A DNA stretch of 64,000 nt from Cyanophora paradoxa CCMP329 (lineage: Eukaryota > Plantae > Glaucophyta): positions 151,622-215,621 of the forward strand of contig QPMI01000170.1 in the NCBI GenBank assembly GCA_004431415.1, written 5' to 3'. A program made the position numbers and the translations under genes. Positions 1-12,841 of this stretch are shown here, piece by piece (positions within the stretch are counted from its first letter, which is position 1; the number at the start of each line of letters is the position of its first letter). Below the pieces are notes generated by a model, which saw only the letters and a list, made by a program, of their open reading frames with translations, made no database searches and was not told the DNA's origin.

Positions 1-20
1 TCGACGTCGTAATCCGATGA

Positions 21-96
21 TCAAACCTCAACTTTCGTCCAACTTTCGTCCAACTTTCGTCCATCAAACCTCAACTTTCGTCCAACTTTCGTCCAG
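21..96. repeat. Short tandem repeat of CAACTTTCGTC (11-mer), with an ATCAAACCT spacer present twice
   Basis: About 5 copies of CAACTTTCGTC are read directly at 29-94. Confidence 0.8.
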
Positions 97-351
97 TATG
101 AGTGCCGATCGACGAGTGCCGGAGCTACCTGGGCGAGCAGGCGCGCCGCCTCGGCAAGGGGGCCACATCCGTGTAGGCAACGTGGTCGTCTCACTGCCCA
201 GCGACCAGGCGCAGGTCGTTAAGCTCCTCGCTGAGTTGGTGTGCCTTTCTACCCAAGGGCTACTACCAGTACCTTAGTGACCTCTAGCTAGTGATCTTGA
301 GATGCCTAAGAGATAGCTCCTAAGCCTCATGTGTTCTTGCGCCACGTTTAG

Positions 352-3300
352 CTGACGCCCCGCTGTCCGCCCCGGCGCCGCAGTCCGACAAGCAGCGGAA
401 AGGGCTCATCACCCCGGACTCGCGGGCGGCGTCGGCGATCAGCGGGCCGCGCCGCTCGCGCCCGCCGTCGCAACGGGAGGCCCGCAGCCCGTCCCCCGAA
501 AGCCGGGCGCGCACGCCGCTGCTGGGGGCCCTCGCGTCGGACGAGCCGCACTTCTCGTACCTTGTCTCGGCGCCGACGAGCGAGAAGGCGGGCACGCAGC
601 GCCTGGAGGACTACGTGGCGGAGATCCGCGCCCGCCGCTCCCTCCTGCACCTCGACGAGGCCGAGGACGAGGAGGGGCGGCGCGCGCCCAGCAGGGGCGC
701 GCTGGGGCTGGCGACGCCGCCGGCGCAGGCGGCGCGGCTGCCTTTCCCCAAGGTGGACGCCTCCAAGTTCAAGTGGAGCGCGGCGGTCGCCGTGCATCGC
801 GCCCAAGTCGGCACCTGGCAGTACATCTCGAAGCGCCCCGTGCGCCCCGCTGCCCGCCCGCCGCCGCCGCCCCTGCCGCGGCGCTGATGGCGGGGCGGCA
901 GGGGGAGATCTCGGTGAAGTTCGACTTCGGGCACCGGCTGCTCTCCTGGCGGCTGCGGGGCCAGACGGCAATCTTCCGCTGCGACGTGCCCTTCGGGGCC
1001 CTCGCCGGCCTCCACCTCGTCCCCGTCCCCGGCGCCGAGTCCTACGCCATGCTCACCCTCGAGGTGCCCCGCCCCGGACCCCGCCCCGCCCCCGCCCCCG
1101 CCCCCCTGAGCCCCCGCCCGCAGCTCGCGCACCCGTGCCGCTTCTACCGCGCCGCGAACCGCCCGCCGGCAGCGGGGCAGGCGGGGGCGGGGGCGCTGGG
1201 GCCGGGCAGGGGGCGCGGGCGGGGGCGGGCGGGGGCGGGTGGGAGGAGTGCGCGGACTTCACGTCCGGGAGGCGTCGCGGGTGGCGGAGCACTTCCTGCT
1301 CGTCGCCCTCGACGAGGCCCGCCCCTTCGTCGACGAGGCCCTCCGCGCCGACGAGGCCCTCCGCTACCGCCTCGCCGCCGCCCGCCGCGACGGCCGCGCC
1401 CCGCCCGCCTCCCGGGGCCCCTCGTCTCCCTCCCGGCCCCCGGCCCCTGAGCCGCCACACGCTCGACGCCGTCGCCGCCATCAACGACGCCATCGACGCC
1501 GGCATCGCCGCCGCCGCCCCCTCGCCCTCCCCCGCGCCGCCTCCGCCCCGCCCGACTCTCCTCCGCCCACCGCCCCGCCCCGACGCCCTCCCCGCCCCCT
1601 CCTCGACGAGCGCCGGGCCGCGCGAGTGGGGCGTGCCGCGGGTGGTGGGCCCGCTGCCGGCACCCCCGCTGGAGGAGGCGCCGCTCTCGGGGCCGGCGCG
1701 GCGGCTCGCGCAGCAGCAGCGGGAGCGGCAGGAGCAGCGGGAGGCGGCGGGGGAGGGGTACAGCTCGTGGTGGTCGAGGGTGGGGCGCGCGGGGCCGCAG
1801 GCGAGCTACTGGCAGGCGCCGCTCGCCTTCGAGCCGAGGACGACCCGCCGCCGCCGCGCCCCGACGGGACGCCGCCCGTCGGGGCGGCGGCTACGCCGGC
1901 GCCGCCTCCACCGGCGTCCTCCGCCGCATGAACAGGCGAGCGCCGCCCGTCGCCCCCCTCGCCCCCCGCCCCCTCGACCCCGCCCGCAGCATCATCCGCA
2001 AGTCGGGGGCGATGTCGCGGCGGGCGGCGACGAACCTGCGGCTGCACCAGAGCGCGCGGGCGCCGCTGCGGGACGGGCCGGAGGAGCAGGGGCCGCCGCC
2101 GGGGCCGGCGGGCCTCCTGCTGGCGACGGGCTCGCCGGGGCGGGGCGCCCTCATCGGCTTCGGGCTGCTCGCCCCGCGCACGCCGCCTCCGCGCGGCCGC
2201 CCCCGGCAGGCGACCGCGGCGCCGAGGAGGAGGAGGAGGAGGAGGAGGAGGCGCGGCCGGCGACGGACGGCTCTGCCCTCGCCGGCTGGCAGATGCGCTC
2301 CATCACCGACGGCGGGGCCTCCACGGGTCCGCCCCGAGAGGCGAGGAATGAGGGGGAGAGCGAGGAGGAGGCTGGGGGTGCGGGGGCGCTACCGGCGGGG
2401 GCGGAGGTGGCGGCGTGGGGCGAGGGCGGCGAGGAGGAGTCGCCGCTGGCGATCGCGGCGCAGCAGGCCGCCGCCGCCGCCGACCGCCGCTCCCCGTCCC
2501 GCGCCGGCTCCGCAGCTGCCAGCGCCCACCGCAGCCTCCCGTCCCGCGGCAGCGCCGGCAGCGCCCGCCCGCCCCCGGCGCCGCCGCCCGCCGCACGCCG
2601 CCGGCCCTCCCGTGCGCCCCCCTCGGGGCCCGCCCTGCCGGCCGCCCGCCCGGCGTCGGGCTCCGGCATTGCCGGCCTGCCGCTCGCCATCGCGGGTCTC
2701 CCGCAGGGGCGGTCGCGGGGGAGGAGCCTTTTCCGCCGGGGCCGGGCGGGGCGGAGAGCGCCCGCTCCTCCCTCGCCAGCGGCGGCAGCACCGCGCGCCC
2801 CGCCCCGCCGCCCCTCCCCGCCCCCTCTCCGGGCGACGCAACGGAGGATGCGGGCGGCGAGGCGCCCGGCGGCGACGCACCCGCAGCCGGCCGCGAGGAG
2901 CGCCAGGCGCAGCCCGAGGAAGCAAGGGAAGGAGGAGAGCAGAAGGATGCGGAGGTGGAGGCAGGGGCGGCGCCTGAGGCGGCGGATGCGGGCCCGGGTG
3001 GAATCGAGGAGGGCACGGCAGAACCCGAGACGGAGGCGGCAGCGACAGAGGCGGAGGCCGGGGAGGAGGCGGCGGCAGAGGAGGAGGGGGCCGGCGAGGC
3101 GGAGGGCGCGGAGCCGGAGGGCGCAGGCAGAGAAGAGCCCGCGGAGGGCGCGGAGCCGGAGCCCCCCGCGCAGGAGGAGGAGCCGCTCGAGGAGGCGGCG
3201 GAAGCAGCGACGGCAGCGGCCGCAGAGGCGGCGGCCGCGGAGGCTGGCACTGCGCAGGCGGCGGGCCCCGCGGACCCCGAGGCTGGCATCCAGGATGCCC

Positions 3301-5838
3301 CGGGGCCTGCAGCCGCCGAGCCAGCTGTCGCGGAGGCCCCGGGGCCGGCCGCAGAGGATGCGATGGCGGCGCTGCAGGAGCCGGAAAAGGCCGTGGAGGA
3401 GGCCGCGGAGGGGGCGGGGGAGGCCCCGCCGGCGGAGCCCGACTCGGCGAAGAGAAGCGAGGGGCGAGCAGCGTCCGAGTCGCAGCTCCCCTCGCAAGCC
3501 GCCGCCCGCTCGCGGCCCGTGTCGGCGGCAGAGCGCGCGGCTGCGCTGGCGGCGGCTGCGGCTGCGGGGGCCGGGGCGGGGCGGGGCGGGGCACGCGGAG
3601 GGCCTGGAGGGGCGCTGGCGGCGGCGGCGACGGCGGCGGGCGAGGCGCCCTTCGCCCCCTCCGCCTTCCTCGGCGGCCGCTTCGCCCTCGACGAGCGCGC
3701 GCCCGGCGGGGCGGCGAGCCCGCCCCTGCCGAGGAGGCGGCGCCGGTGGCGGGCCGGCCGGCGGCGGCGGCCGCGGGCCGGCCGGCGGCGGCGCGGGCTG
3801 TGAAGGACGGGGAGCGGGCGGAGGTGGCGGCGGCGGCACGGCAGGCGCGGCAGGCGGCGGCCGACCTACGGCGCTGGCTGGGGACGCCCCCCGCCGAGCG
3901 CCGCCTCCGGCGCCTCAAGGAGCGGCAGGCCCAGTGCGCCCCCGCCCCACCGAGACCGACCCCGCGCCCGCGCCCCTCCCGACGCCGGCCCGCGCAGGCG
4001 CGAGGCGACGGGCCCGCGTTCGCCGTCGCCGGCGCCGGGCTCGCCCCGAGGGAGGGGAGACGTCAGTGGGGCCCTCGCGGCGCGCCTGCAGCGGGCGCGG
4101 GGCGGCCCGGCGGGGGCCGGGGCTCCCCGAGCCCCTGCCCTCCCTGCACGTCTCCGCCGCCGTCCACTACGCTCACGCCGAGGGCCTTCAGGAGGCGCGC
4201 GGGCCCCGCGCCTCCCCCCTGCCGGCCTGGGGCCGGGGCGCTGAGGCGGGGCGGGGGCAGGAGGCGGTGCACGGGACGTACGCGGCGGCGGTGGCGGAGG
4301 CGGTGGCGGAGGGGCGGATCGAGCCCGGCGAGGCCATCGCGCTCCTCGACGACTTCCTCGCCAAGCGCGCCGAAGCCCTCGCCGCCGGCCGCGCCGGCAT
4401 CGCCCCGCCCGCCGCGCCCCGGCCGCAGCGCCTCGCCCCGACGACCGCGCGTACGAGTGCGCGCCGCCCGACCCGCCGCGCTCCGGCCCCCCCGACGAGC
4501 TGCGCGCAGGCCGAACCAGCTGGAGTACGCGCCGATCGATGTGCGCGGGGTGGACATGCACGGCAAGGCCACGCGGCGCATCCGCCGGCGGCGGCGGACG
4601 AGCGCCGAGGGGACGCCCGTGCAGGGGGCGGCCACGCCGGATCTCTCCCGGTCGCCGACGTTCCTGGCGGACGGGGCGCCGCCCCAGTGGCCCTCGCCCT
4701 TCGCGGCGCGCGGGGCCCTCCTCCCGAACATCGCGGGGCGCACCTCGGGCCCCACCACGCCGCCTTCGCCCCGCCCTCCCCTCGCCGGCCCCGGCCCCGG
4801 CGGCCGGCCCGCGGGAGGCGGTGCCGGCGGTGCCGGCGGAGGCGCAGCGGCCGCGGGAGGAGGTGCAGCGGGAGCGGGACATGCTGCGGTGCGCGCGCGC
4901 CCCCCGGACCGCCGCCTGGTCCCCGGCGCGATCGCGAGCTGACGTGCGCGCTGGCAGGCGGCGGAAGCTGACGGTGCCCGGGGCCCGCAAGATCGTGAGC
5001 GAGCCCAAGGGGAAGCCCTCGATCCTGCCCCAGTACGGCGTCGACTGGCTCGAGCGGCGCGGGCCGGCCGCCCCGGCCCGCGCGGGGGCGCCCGGCGCAG
5101 GCGCCCCCGACTCGGAGGCGGAGGAGCAGGCAGTCGAACAAGCTGCGGGGGCGGAGGCGGACGAGCGGGGCGGGGCGGGCGGCCCCTGCGCGTCGACGGG
5201 CGGGCACCTGCGCCGGCGGCCCTCCCGCCACGCACCTCCTCTCCGCGAAGCCGCTGCTGGGCCCGCGGCCCCTCGCCGCCCTCGCGCTGGCGGCGCCCTC
5301 GCCGGACGCGCGCGCCGGCTCACCGCCGCGCCCGCGGGCCGGCCTCCCCTTCGTCGACGGAGTCTCCCTGGGCCCGGACGGCCTGCCCCGCTCGCCTTCG
5401 CCGCTCGCGCCCGGCCCGGCCTCGCCCTCGTCGGCGGCCGCCGGGGAGGCCCCGAGGGGGAGGCGGCCTCGGTGGCGCCCGACGCGGAGGCGCTTCTCGC
5501 CGCCCGCCGCTCCGCCACGCCGGCCTCCCCGGCGCGCCCCGGCCCCGCCTCCGCCAGCGCTCCCGCGGCTCCTCCCGCCCCGCCACCTCCGACCGCCCCG
5601 CCGCGCTCCCGCCGTCCTGGAGCGCGCGGGGGCGCTCGCGCCCAGACACGACGGAGGCGGCGGCGCTCGCCGCGCAGGCCCTCGACAGCGTCGCGAGCGC
5701 CGTCTCGCTCGCCGTCGACGGCTTCGACGGGCTTGCCTCGGTCGCCGCCCTCGCCGAGCCCCGCCCCATCTCCGTCGGCGTGCGCCCGAATTCCGCCACG
5801 CAACCCCCACCAGCGCGCGCACGTGGCGCCCTATGTAA
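352..5838 (+). CDS. Large multi-exon protein: TRF2/HOY1-type PH-like domain followed by long Ala/Pro/Glu-rich low-complexity regions (5' end probably upstream; may be two genes)
   Basis: Spliced 790-1310 reads VHRAQVGTWQYISKRPGEISVKFDFGHRLLSWRL...LTLELAHPCRFYR...WEECADFTSGEASRVAEHFL. This resembles the plant motif LRIGSWE...GDLVAKCYFAKRKLVW...WQATSDFTGGQAS. Introns at 840-901 and 1064-1123. The 3' structure is uncertain. Confidence 0.55.
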
Positions 5839-6052
5839 ACGCTGACTGCGCCTCGTTTTTGCGCAGTCTGTCAAGCCTTGGGCCGACGACCCCGACCACC
5901 ACGTATAGCTATCAGCTAGCGCTGCCAGGCTGTTGTCTCGGCATTTTCGGCTGTCACAGTGTTGTCTCTAGTTATTGCGCACGAACACTGGCGTGCGGAA
6001 CCGGGGTTCGGATCCGGTGGAGGTCTTTTCACGTGAGGTCTGTTACGGTAGC

Positions 6053-6574
6053 CAGTGATGGCATTAATAATACTCCCCAAAACGCCGACCTTAACATTAA
6101 TAGTTAAGGTCTTTATTATAATATTAATAACATTATAGTGTATTATAATAATGCTCCATACAAATCCCGCCCCGGCAGCCCCGTCCTGCTTCTTCTTCGT
6201 ACATTCAGCACTCTTAAATGAAGCAGATAAGCAAGATTCAACCGTTTGAACTGTGCAGCTACGTGTTTAGAACAGGCTTGTGCCTTCTTTAAGAGATGGT
6301 GAGAGGGGTATGGTACCTGAGGTGTGTTCCATGGAGCTGTCAGGATGTCCGAGCGCTCGCAGAGCATTCAGACACATCTTAAACATCGTTTTAAAGCGTT
6401 GAGTTGCGTCGTGGTGCGCTCCTGGGCAAAAGAAAGCGCACTAATAGGGGGTACCCCCGTATATTAATATTGTATTGTTAAGGTCCCCGATTCGGGGGAA
6501 CCTTATAATAATACTATTATAATGCATTATAATAATGTTTATTACTGGATATTAATATTAAACGGCCATCACTG
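6053..6574. mobile_element. hAT-type MITE, 522 bp
   Basis: 10-bp TIR CAGTGATGGC...GCCATCACTG. Perfect 8-bp TSD ACGGTAGC at 6045-6052 and 6575-6582. AT-rich interior with TATTATAATAATG repeats and no coding capacity. Confidence 0.93.
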
Positions 6575-6819
6575 ACGGTAGCGCGGCTCCGGCCGCGGAT
6601 CCCAAGTCGCTCTGGCTCTTGGCATTCTCAGTCCGTAGAAGATTTCTGCAGCTCTTGTGGCACTGTTAGTTTGTCGGTTAGCGTCTCTACAGGACAGTCA
6701 TCCTCGTGGGCCCAGGCGCCCATTAAAAGCGATAGTGAAGCGAAGGAGAAGTCTCGGAGGCCTGCGGCGTGCCGTGTGCGCTTCGCCCCGGTTTAGCGTG
6801 TCACGGCTTCCGGAGCAAG

Positions 6820-7896
6820 ATGATCGCAAGCACCGGGCGCTCGGGCTCGAATAATGTTGTGAGGGACTTTGCGAGCTTCCAGGTGCGCTGCTAGGGCGCC
6901 GATCGTGTCATGGGTGGTTCCGGAGCCTACGGTCGATCTGCGGCGTGGCCTGCGCCCGATCTCGCACGAAACGTCTCTAATGTACATGTACTGCGGCACA
7001 GGAGCAAATCGTGAAGGTCCGAACGCTTTCCCGCGAGCCTCGCGTCGCCGCTACTAGCTCTACATGGCCGCCACTAGCAACAGGAACAGCGACTGCGCAC
7101 GCGCAGTCGTCTAAATGACATCTTTTAGGAATATCGGCAGCGAGCTTCGTGGTCAATGAAGTACGGGGAGGAACTCGAGAGGAAGAGGATCGCCCGCAAC
7201 GGCGCCGACGAGTCTCGTGACGTAGCTAGTGACTACTTCTTCCTGCTGGTGAGCGAGACGCTTTCACCCTCGCACGACTTGCCCCCGACGCGGCCCGCGC
7301 AGCTCCAGAAGAACGCGGAGCAGTTCGGCCACGCGCCTCCGGCGCTGCAGGAGCGCCTAGGGCTGCGGAACGGGCCCTCCGCCCCGACTTCCAAGGACCA
7401 GCTCCCTTGGGGCGACCACGCCCTCCCCTCGGCACCGCCGGAGCCCCGCGTGCCCCACAGGAACGGACTGCACCCCAGCAGCAGCAGGCGCGGGCAGGAA
7501 GCGCACCGGGCGGAAGCGCCGGCGATGACGACGCCGCCGGCCTCGCACGGGGTGCGCCCCGAGGGCGCGTTCCTCGCGGCCCAGGCCAAGGCCTCCGTCT
7601 CGCCGCAGAAGGCCGCCGCCTCGCCGGGGAAGGCGCCTGCAATCGGCACGCCCACGAGGCCGCCCGTACTCCCCGCCCTCGCCGTCGCCGGCAGGGGCGG
7701 TATGAGCCCGGCCAGCAAGTCCCCGCGCGCCCCGGCGCCCTCGGGCGCGGGGGCGGGGCCGTCGCCGCTGCGCCCCGGGGAAGGCTCGCCGCGGAGGGCA
7801 CTGCTCGCCGGCGGGGGCGAGAGCAAGTCGTTCTCCTCCCCGCGGCCCCGCGTGCTCCCTGCCAAGGCCCTCCGCTCCTCCAGCGCCCGGCATTAG
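6820..7896 (+). CDS. Hypothetical protein, possibly a ciliary microtubule-inner-protein-like N-terminal helix with a Pro/Ser-rich tail
   Basis: Exons 6820-6882, a 15-nt micro-exon 7002-7016, 7129-7248 and 7303-7896 join in frame via GT-AG introns: MIASTGRSGSNNVVRDFASFQ|EQIVK|EYRQRASWSMKYGEEL. Confidence 0.5.
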
Positions 7897-8110
7897 CGCC
7901 CCAGCTATAGGTCTCCGGCCCCCCGCATCGCCGCACCCTATCGAGGGCCCTCTCGGCCCTTCATTTATTCACGTAATTAATGTATTCGCGCCAGCTGCAG
8001 CTCTCCGTCGTGTAATTATTTTTCGCGTTTGATTTTGCCGCTGTATCGTTGCTTTGAAATAGCTGCAATGGGCTAGCATTGCGCGCTGCTTCGCGCGAGG
8101 GCGGGGCGGG

Positions 8111-9375
8111 TCAGGAGGAGGAGGCGGCGGCGAGGAAGCGCTTGACGACGGGGAGCTGGGGCAGGCCGGTGTCGGGGGCCCCAGCGGCCTTGGCGGCCGG
8201 CGAGGAGTACGTCTCGAGGAGCTGCCTGCGGACCCACTCCTCGACGTCGGCGTTCTCGCGCACCTCGGCGCTCTCCTTGGACTTGCCCCGCAGCGCCGCC
8301 GCCACGGCCACGGTCGCCATCAGGCAGCCGTACAGGCACCGCAGCGACATCGTCCCCGCGAGCCGCATCGAGTGGATGTAGTACTTGCGCGCCATCTTGA
8401 AGTTCTCCAGCCCGCCGATGGTGAAGAGGACCTGCGCGCGCGACGCTCAGCGCCCCGCCCTGCCTCGCCCCGCCGCCTCGCTGCCACGGCGCTCGCCTCT
8501 GCGTATTTGAGGTGGAACGTCGAGTTCTGCGGCGCCGAGAGGATGAGCTCCTCGAAGCAGAACTGGGCGCTCGTGAACCTGTTCGCGCTTTTCGTTACTG
8601 GCGGGGTCCGCGGCGAGCGGCCGGCATGCGGCGCACTGGTGCAGCGAGATGTACAGGTCAGCAAGCTCGGACCATGCGTCCGCGTCCGCCTGGTACACCT
8701 TGAGGTAGGCGTTTAAAGCGTCCACAGCGGCGCCCCACTGCCCCTGCGCCTTGTGGATCGCTACTCTCCGCTTCAGGACGATCTGCACCCTCGATGTGAA
8801 CCGCAAGCTTCGGTGCTTCCTGAGAGCCGCGCACGGGGTTCGCAGCGTCCTCGCTCAACAGCTGCGTGTACAGAACAATGGCCGCGTCGTAGTCGCCTTG
8901 CGCCTCCAGGATCATGCCCTCCAGCCTCCTCACGCGGAAGCTGGACGGGTATTTCGATCGTAGCGCCTTGAAGCATTCCTGCGGGGGGCCGGCGAAGAGG
9001 GGCATGAGCGCGGGACGGGACGGGATGCGTGGCGGCGCACATTCGCGCAGTCCAGGTCGCCGGCGTCTAGAGCCGCAATGAGCGTCTGTTCGTATACGTC
9101 CCAGGCTGCGCGAGGCGGGCAGCCGCGCGGCGTGAGCGCAGCGAGGTCGGCTCGATGCGCAGGCCTCGCGACCAGCGAAGCTACGAACCTTCGCTGCCGA
9201 GCTTGCCGCGCTGCTTCAGCGCCCGTCGACCGCATGGCAGCGCCTCAGCCTTCCGTGCTTTGGTCTCACGAAGCAAGGACAGGATCCTTCGCACGAGCCC
9301 AAAGTCCGCCGATGCAAAGCTGCATTGCCTCAGCGTGTCCAGCGCCTGGAGGAGCGCTGGATAACTCGACGCCAT
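8111..9375 (-). CDS. EMC2: ER membrane protein complex subunit 2 (TPR protein)
   Basis: Spliced motifs WDVYEQTLIAALD, YPSSFRVRRLEGMILEAQG, KRRVAIHKAQG, DADAWSELADLY, FCFEELIL and KYAEVLFT. Confidence 0.93.
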
Positions 9376-9735
9376 GGTCGCGCAACCCACGAGATCGCGT
9401 ACCCCGTTTGTGGCAGAAAGTCTCACGAAATGCGAGCCTCCCGCGCCTCTCGCTCTGATCGAACGCGCAACTGAACAAAATCGGGGCTGCAGGTACCCGA
9501 CGGCAGGCGGCGAGCCTCTGCCCCCTGGAGTCCAGCCGGTCGCGCTGCCGGCGAATGACGGCAGGTGCGCTCGATTTTGGTCAAAGCCTGCCCGAGCTAG
9601 CCGCCTTCCCATCTCTCCTATCGAGCCTGCGGTGTGGCCTTATGACGGCGCGCCGCGCGCTGAGCGCTCTTACGCACGCAGGAGCTCGAACAATTGTTCT
9701 GATGCGCGTTTTCACGCAGCTTCCTCGCTCAGTTC

Positions 9736-11855
9736 ATGGCGATGCAGCGTCAGCAGGCGGCTCAGTCCGGCCCGCCACCCCCGCCGGACCCGCGAAATCC
9801 TCTGAACCGTAGCGCGCCGCCACCGCACGGCGCGCCGCACGGCATGCCGCACGGCGCTCCCTCGTACGGTTTTCCTCAGCACGGGGCGCCCCAGATTCCA
9901 CACCCACCGGGAGGCATCCCGCCCCCACCGGGCGGCATCCCGCCCCCACCGGGCGGCATCCCGCCCCCACCGGGCGGCATCCCGCCCCCGCCGGGCGGCA
10001 TCCCGCCCCCGCCGGGCGGCATCCCGCCTCCCCCCGGGGTACGCTTCCCAGGCCTCGCGGTCCCTCCTCCGCCCCCGCCGGCGGGGTGGCAGCCGCCGGG
10101 TGTGGCCCAGAAGCCCTCGGCGTACGAGCAGGCCTTGTATCAGGGCCCCCCCGTGGCGGGCGCCCCTCAGCAACCCGCGGAGGCCCCGCCTGGGGTGGCC
10201 CCGCCAGCCCCGCCGGCGCCGGCGGCGCCGAAGGGGTTCGTTCTCGCCTCGCGGCCCTCTACGTCTTCCTCGGCGGCGCACAAGCCGGCGCCGGCCTCGG
10301 AGGCGAAGAAGAAGGCCTTCGTCTACAACGAGGACGAGGAGGAGGTGCCCCGCATTTCCTTTCCTTTCCTTCTTCTCCGCTGACCCCTCGCGGCAGGAGC
10401 TCAAGGAGGAGCCCGTGAAGCGGCCGCGCGTTGGCGTCGCGTCGGCCGTGCAGCAGCCGCAGCAAAAGCCGGCGCCGCCCCCGAGCGTCCCCGCCAAGCT
10501 CCCGGGCTCGGGCCTCAAGCCCGTCCTCTTCCAGTCCTCGAACCCCTCCGTCTCCCCGTCGCCGCCAGCGGCGGCCGCACCACCGGCGGCGCCGCCCGTG
10601 CCGTCCGGCCCGCCGCCGCCGGAGGACGTGGAGATGAGGACGCTGATCGAGCGGGTGGCGGAGTACGCGACGAAGAACGCGGAGTTCGAGAACATCACGC
10701 GGAGCAAGAACAAGGAGAACCCCAAGTTCCGATTCCTCTTCGACGAGGCCTGCCCCGAGGCGAAGTACTACCGCCACCGCCTCGCCCTCCTCCGCTCCGG
10801 CGGCTCCACCTCGTCCCCGCCCGCCCGCCCCGCCGCCTCTGTCGCCTCCGGCTCCTCCGCCTTCTCCACTGGCCCCGCCTTCGTCCCCGCCCAGTCCTCT
10901 TCCACGCCCCCGGACGCCCCATCGAGCTCCAAGTGGGACGCCCCGCCTGCCTCGGCCTCCTCCGGCGCCGCCCCGGCGGGGCTGGCGCAGGAGGTCGCGG
11001 CCGCCGCGGCGCGCGCAGCCGCCGCCGCCGCCGCGCTTGCGAACTCGGAGAACGAGATCCCAGAGGACCCTGTGGCGCGCATGGAGTATTTCTTCAAGCA
11101 GAAGGCGGGCCTTGCGCGCCGAGCGGCGGCTCGTCTCGGTTCTTACGGCGGCGGCAGGTCGCGCGGCACGGCCTCGGGGACAACTCGAACGACCCGCCCC
11201 CGCCGACGAAGCCCGGCCGCAAGAAGCGGAACTTCAGCGAAGGTCCGCGCGCCCCTCTCGCTTCGCCGTAGCCCGGGCCCACCCTTGAACGGCGCAGGCC
11301 CGCCGCCGGAGGAGAAGGAGAAGAAGGGCCACCATATCGGTAAGGGCCCGCCGGCGCCAGTCCCCAGCCAGGGGGGCGGCTGAGGCGGCAGCAGGGGACC
11401 ACCTCCCGCCGGAGGAGCTGGAGGCGTTCCTGGCCAAGTGCCAGGACCCGAACGCCCCCGCAGCGCGCCCCGACGAGAAGTACAAGCTCGACTCGAGTAA
11501 CGTCGGACACAAGCTCCTCCAGAAGATGGGCTGGGCCGAGGGCACTGGCCTCGGCGCCGAGCAGCAGGGGATACAGGCGCCCATACACGCGGGGAGCGTC
11601 AGGCTCGACGGGGCCGGCATCGGCGCCGGCGACGCCTCCGAAATTAAAGAGGGCGACGGTCCGTCCTGGTCGCCTCGTCCGGCATCCCGCCCGCACGCTT
11701 ACCCAGCCTCAGACATCTACGAGCAGTACAAGAAGAGGATGCAGCTGAGCTACAAGCACCGTGCGCCGCGGCTCTCGCTCGAACGCACGCCCGCCCCGCT
11801 TACTCCGCCTGCAGGGCCTAATCCGTTTAACAACCCTCGAAAATCGTACTACTAG
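9736..11855 (+). CDS. SUGP1: SURP and G-patch domain splicing factor (SUGP1/SF4-like)
   Basis: SURP domain LIERVAEYATKNAEFE...NPKFRFLFD...YYR, then KGHHIGD, G-patch SNVGHKLLQKMGWAEGTGLG...GIQAPI, and the C-terminus DIYEQYKKRM...RPNPFNNPRKSYY. Confidence 0.9.
9904..10036 (+). repeat. Coding 21-nt tandem repeat (PPPPGGI, about 6 copies)
   Basis: The unit CCGCCCCCRCCGGGCGGCATC repeats inside the first exon of the SUGP1-like gene. Confidence 0.9.
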
Positions 11856-12084
11856 AGTATAAGCGTTGTACAAAGCTGATTATGAGCCCGCAATGCACGC
11901 TCCAGCCCGACGTCCAATTTATCGGGCCCGCGCCACACTAGCCCGCTGCCCTGCACTCAAGCCCATTGGTATTGCGGCCATACGGGAAAGAAAGGCATCC
12001 GCGTGAGATTCGGGGGCAACAAGTCGCACGAACACACTCCATCTCGAAAAGAAAGAGAGCGCCGAGAACCGGCTCGGAGTCTGT

Positions 12085-12841
12085 TTAAGACTCGGCAAGG
12101 TCACGAAGGCGGCGGATCGTGGAGCGGACGGTCGCGGCCGCGGCGGTGCTGCGCGGTAAACAGCGATAAGCGGTTGGCCGGGGCGGCAGCTGACGGGCAG
12201 GGCAGGGCGGAATGGCGATCGGAACGGTGTGTGGCTCGGACACGGCGGGGAGCACGGCTGCTAGACTTAGCTATTGCATCAACATGGGAGCTACTCACTT
12301 CATGGTCCACGCGCCACCAGCGACGGTCTTGCAGCACGACTTGCACTTCCAGATGCCGACCGCAGCGCGCTTCACGGAGTCCTAAAGAGGCGAACGAGGT
12401 AGCAAGTGAGCATCGGGTGCTACCCGCCGAATGCACGCCCCGGCGGGCCGCTGAACATGGCTGCCTCTCGCATCGCGCCGAGACCGCACCTTGCCGCAGA
12501 ACGCGCAGGTGTACTTCGCGTGCTGGGTGATTTCCATCTTCTTGATCTGCTTACGCAGAGAAGCACCATAGCGAGTGGCGTACTTGCCGACGACGCCGGC
12601 CTGTCGGGGCTGTCAGCTGCTGAGGGCGGCTGCCATGCGGGTGGCGCTCGCCTTCTTCGTGCGCTTGCCCTGAGAGCCGCCGCGGGTGGAAGCAAAGCGG
12701 GGACGGGCGAAAGTCAGAGCAGGCTAAGCAGAGGCGAAGGCGGGACACGCGATCGAGGCGTCGCCGGTCGCCAACTAGGGACCTCTACAGCTACTGATGT
12801 ACAAGCTAAACTCCCGCGTGCCGCAGGGGCCGACGTACCAT
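12085..12841 (-). CDS. RPL37A: 60S ribosomal protein eL43 (L37a)
   Basis: Spliced M|GKRTKK|[37 protein letters not shown]|[28 protein letters not shown]|[20 protein letters not shown]. Intron 12601-12651 is GC-AG. Confidence 0.97.

Noticed and set aside
1260-1275. Apparent frameshifts suggesting pseudogenes or recoding (also about 43618, 51235 and 62395-62425)
   Set aside because: Each is repaired by adding one base to a G or C run (for example TSG-EASR and GSLLLESLWK). That pattern is typical of long-read homopolymer errors.
562-4971. The 1469-aa ORF and the many other long Arg/Pro/Gly/Ala-rich ORFs
   Set aside because: These are off-frame or antisense products of very high GC content. The real genes are spliced and switch frames.
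12670-12838. Possible snoRNA in the longer RPL37A introns
   Set aside because: I found no convincing C/D or H/ACA box pair by eye. An Infernal search would be needed.
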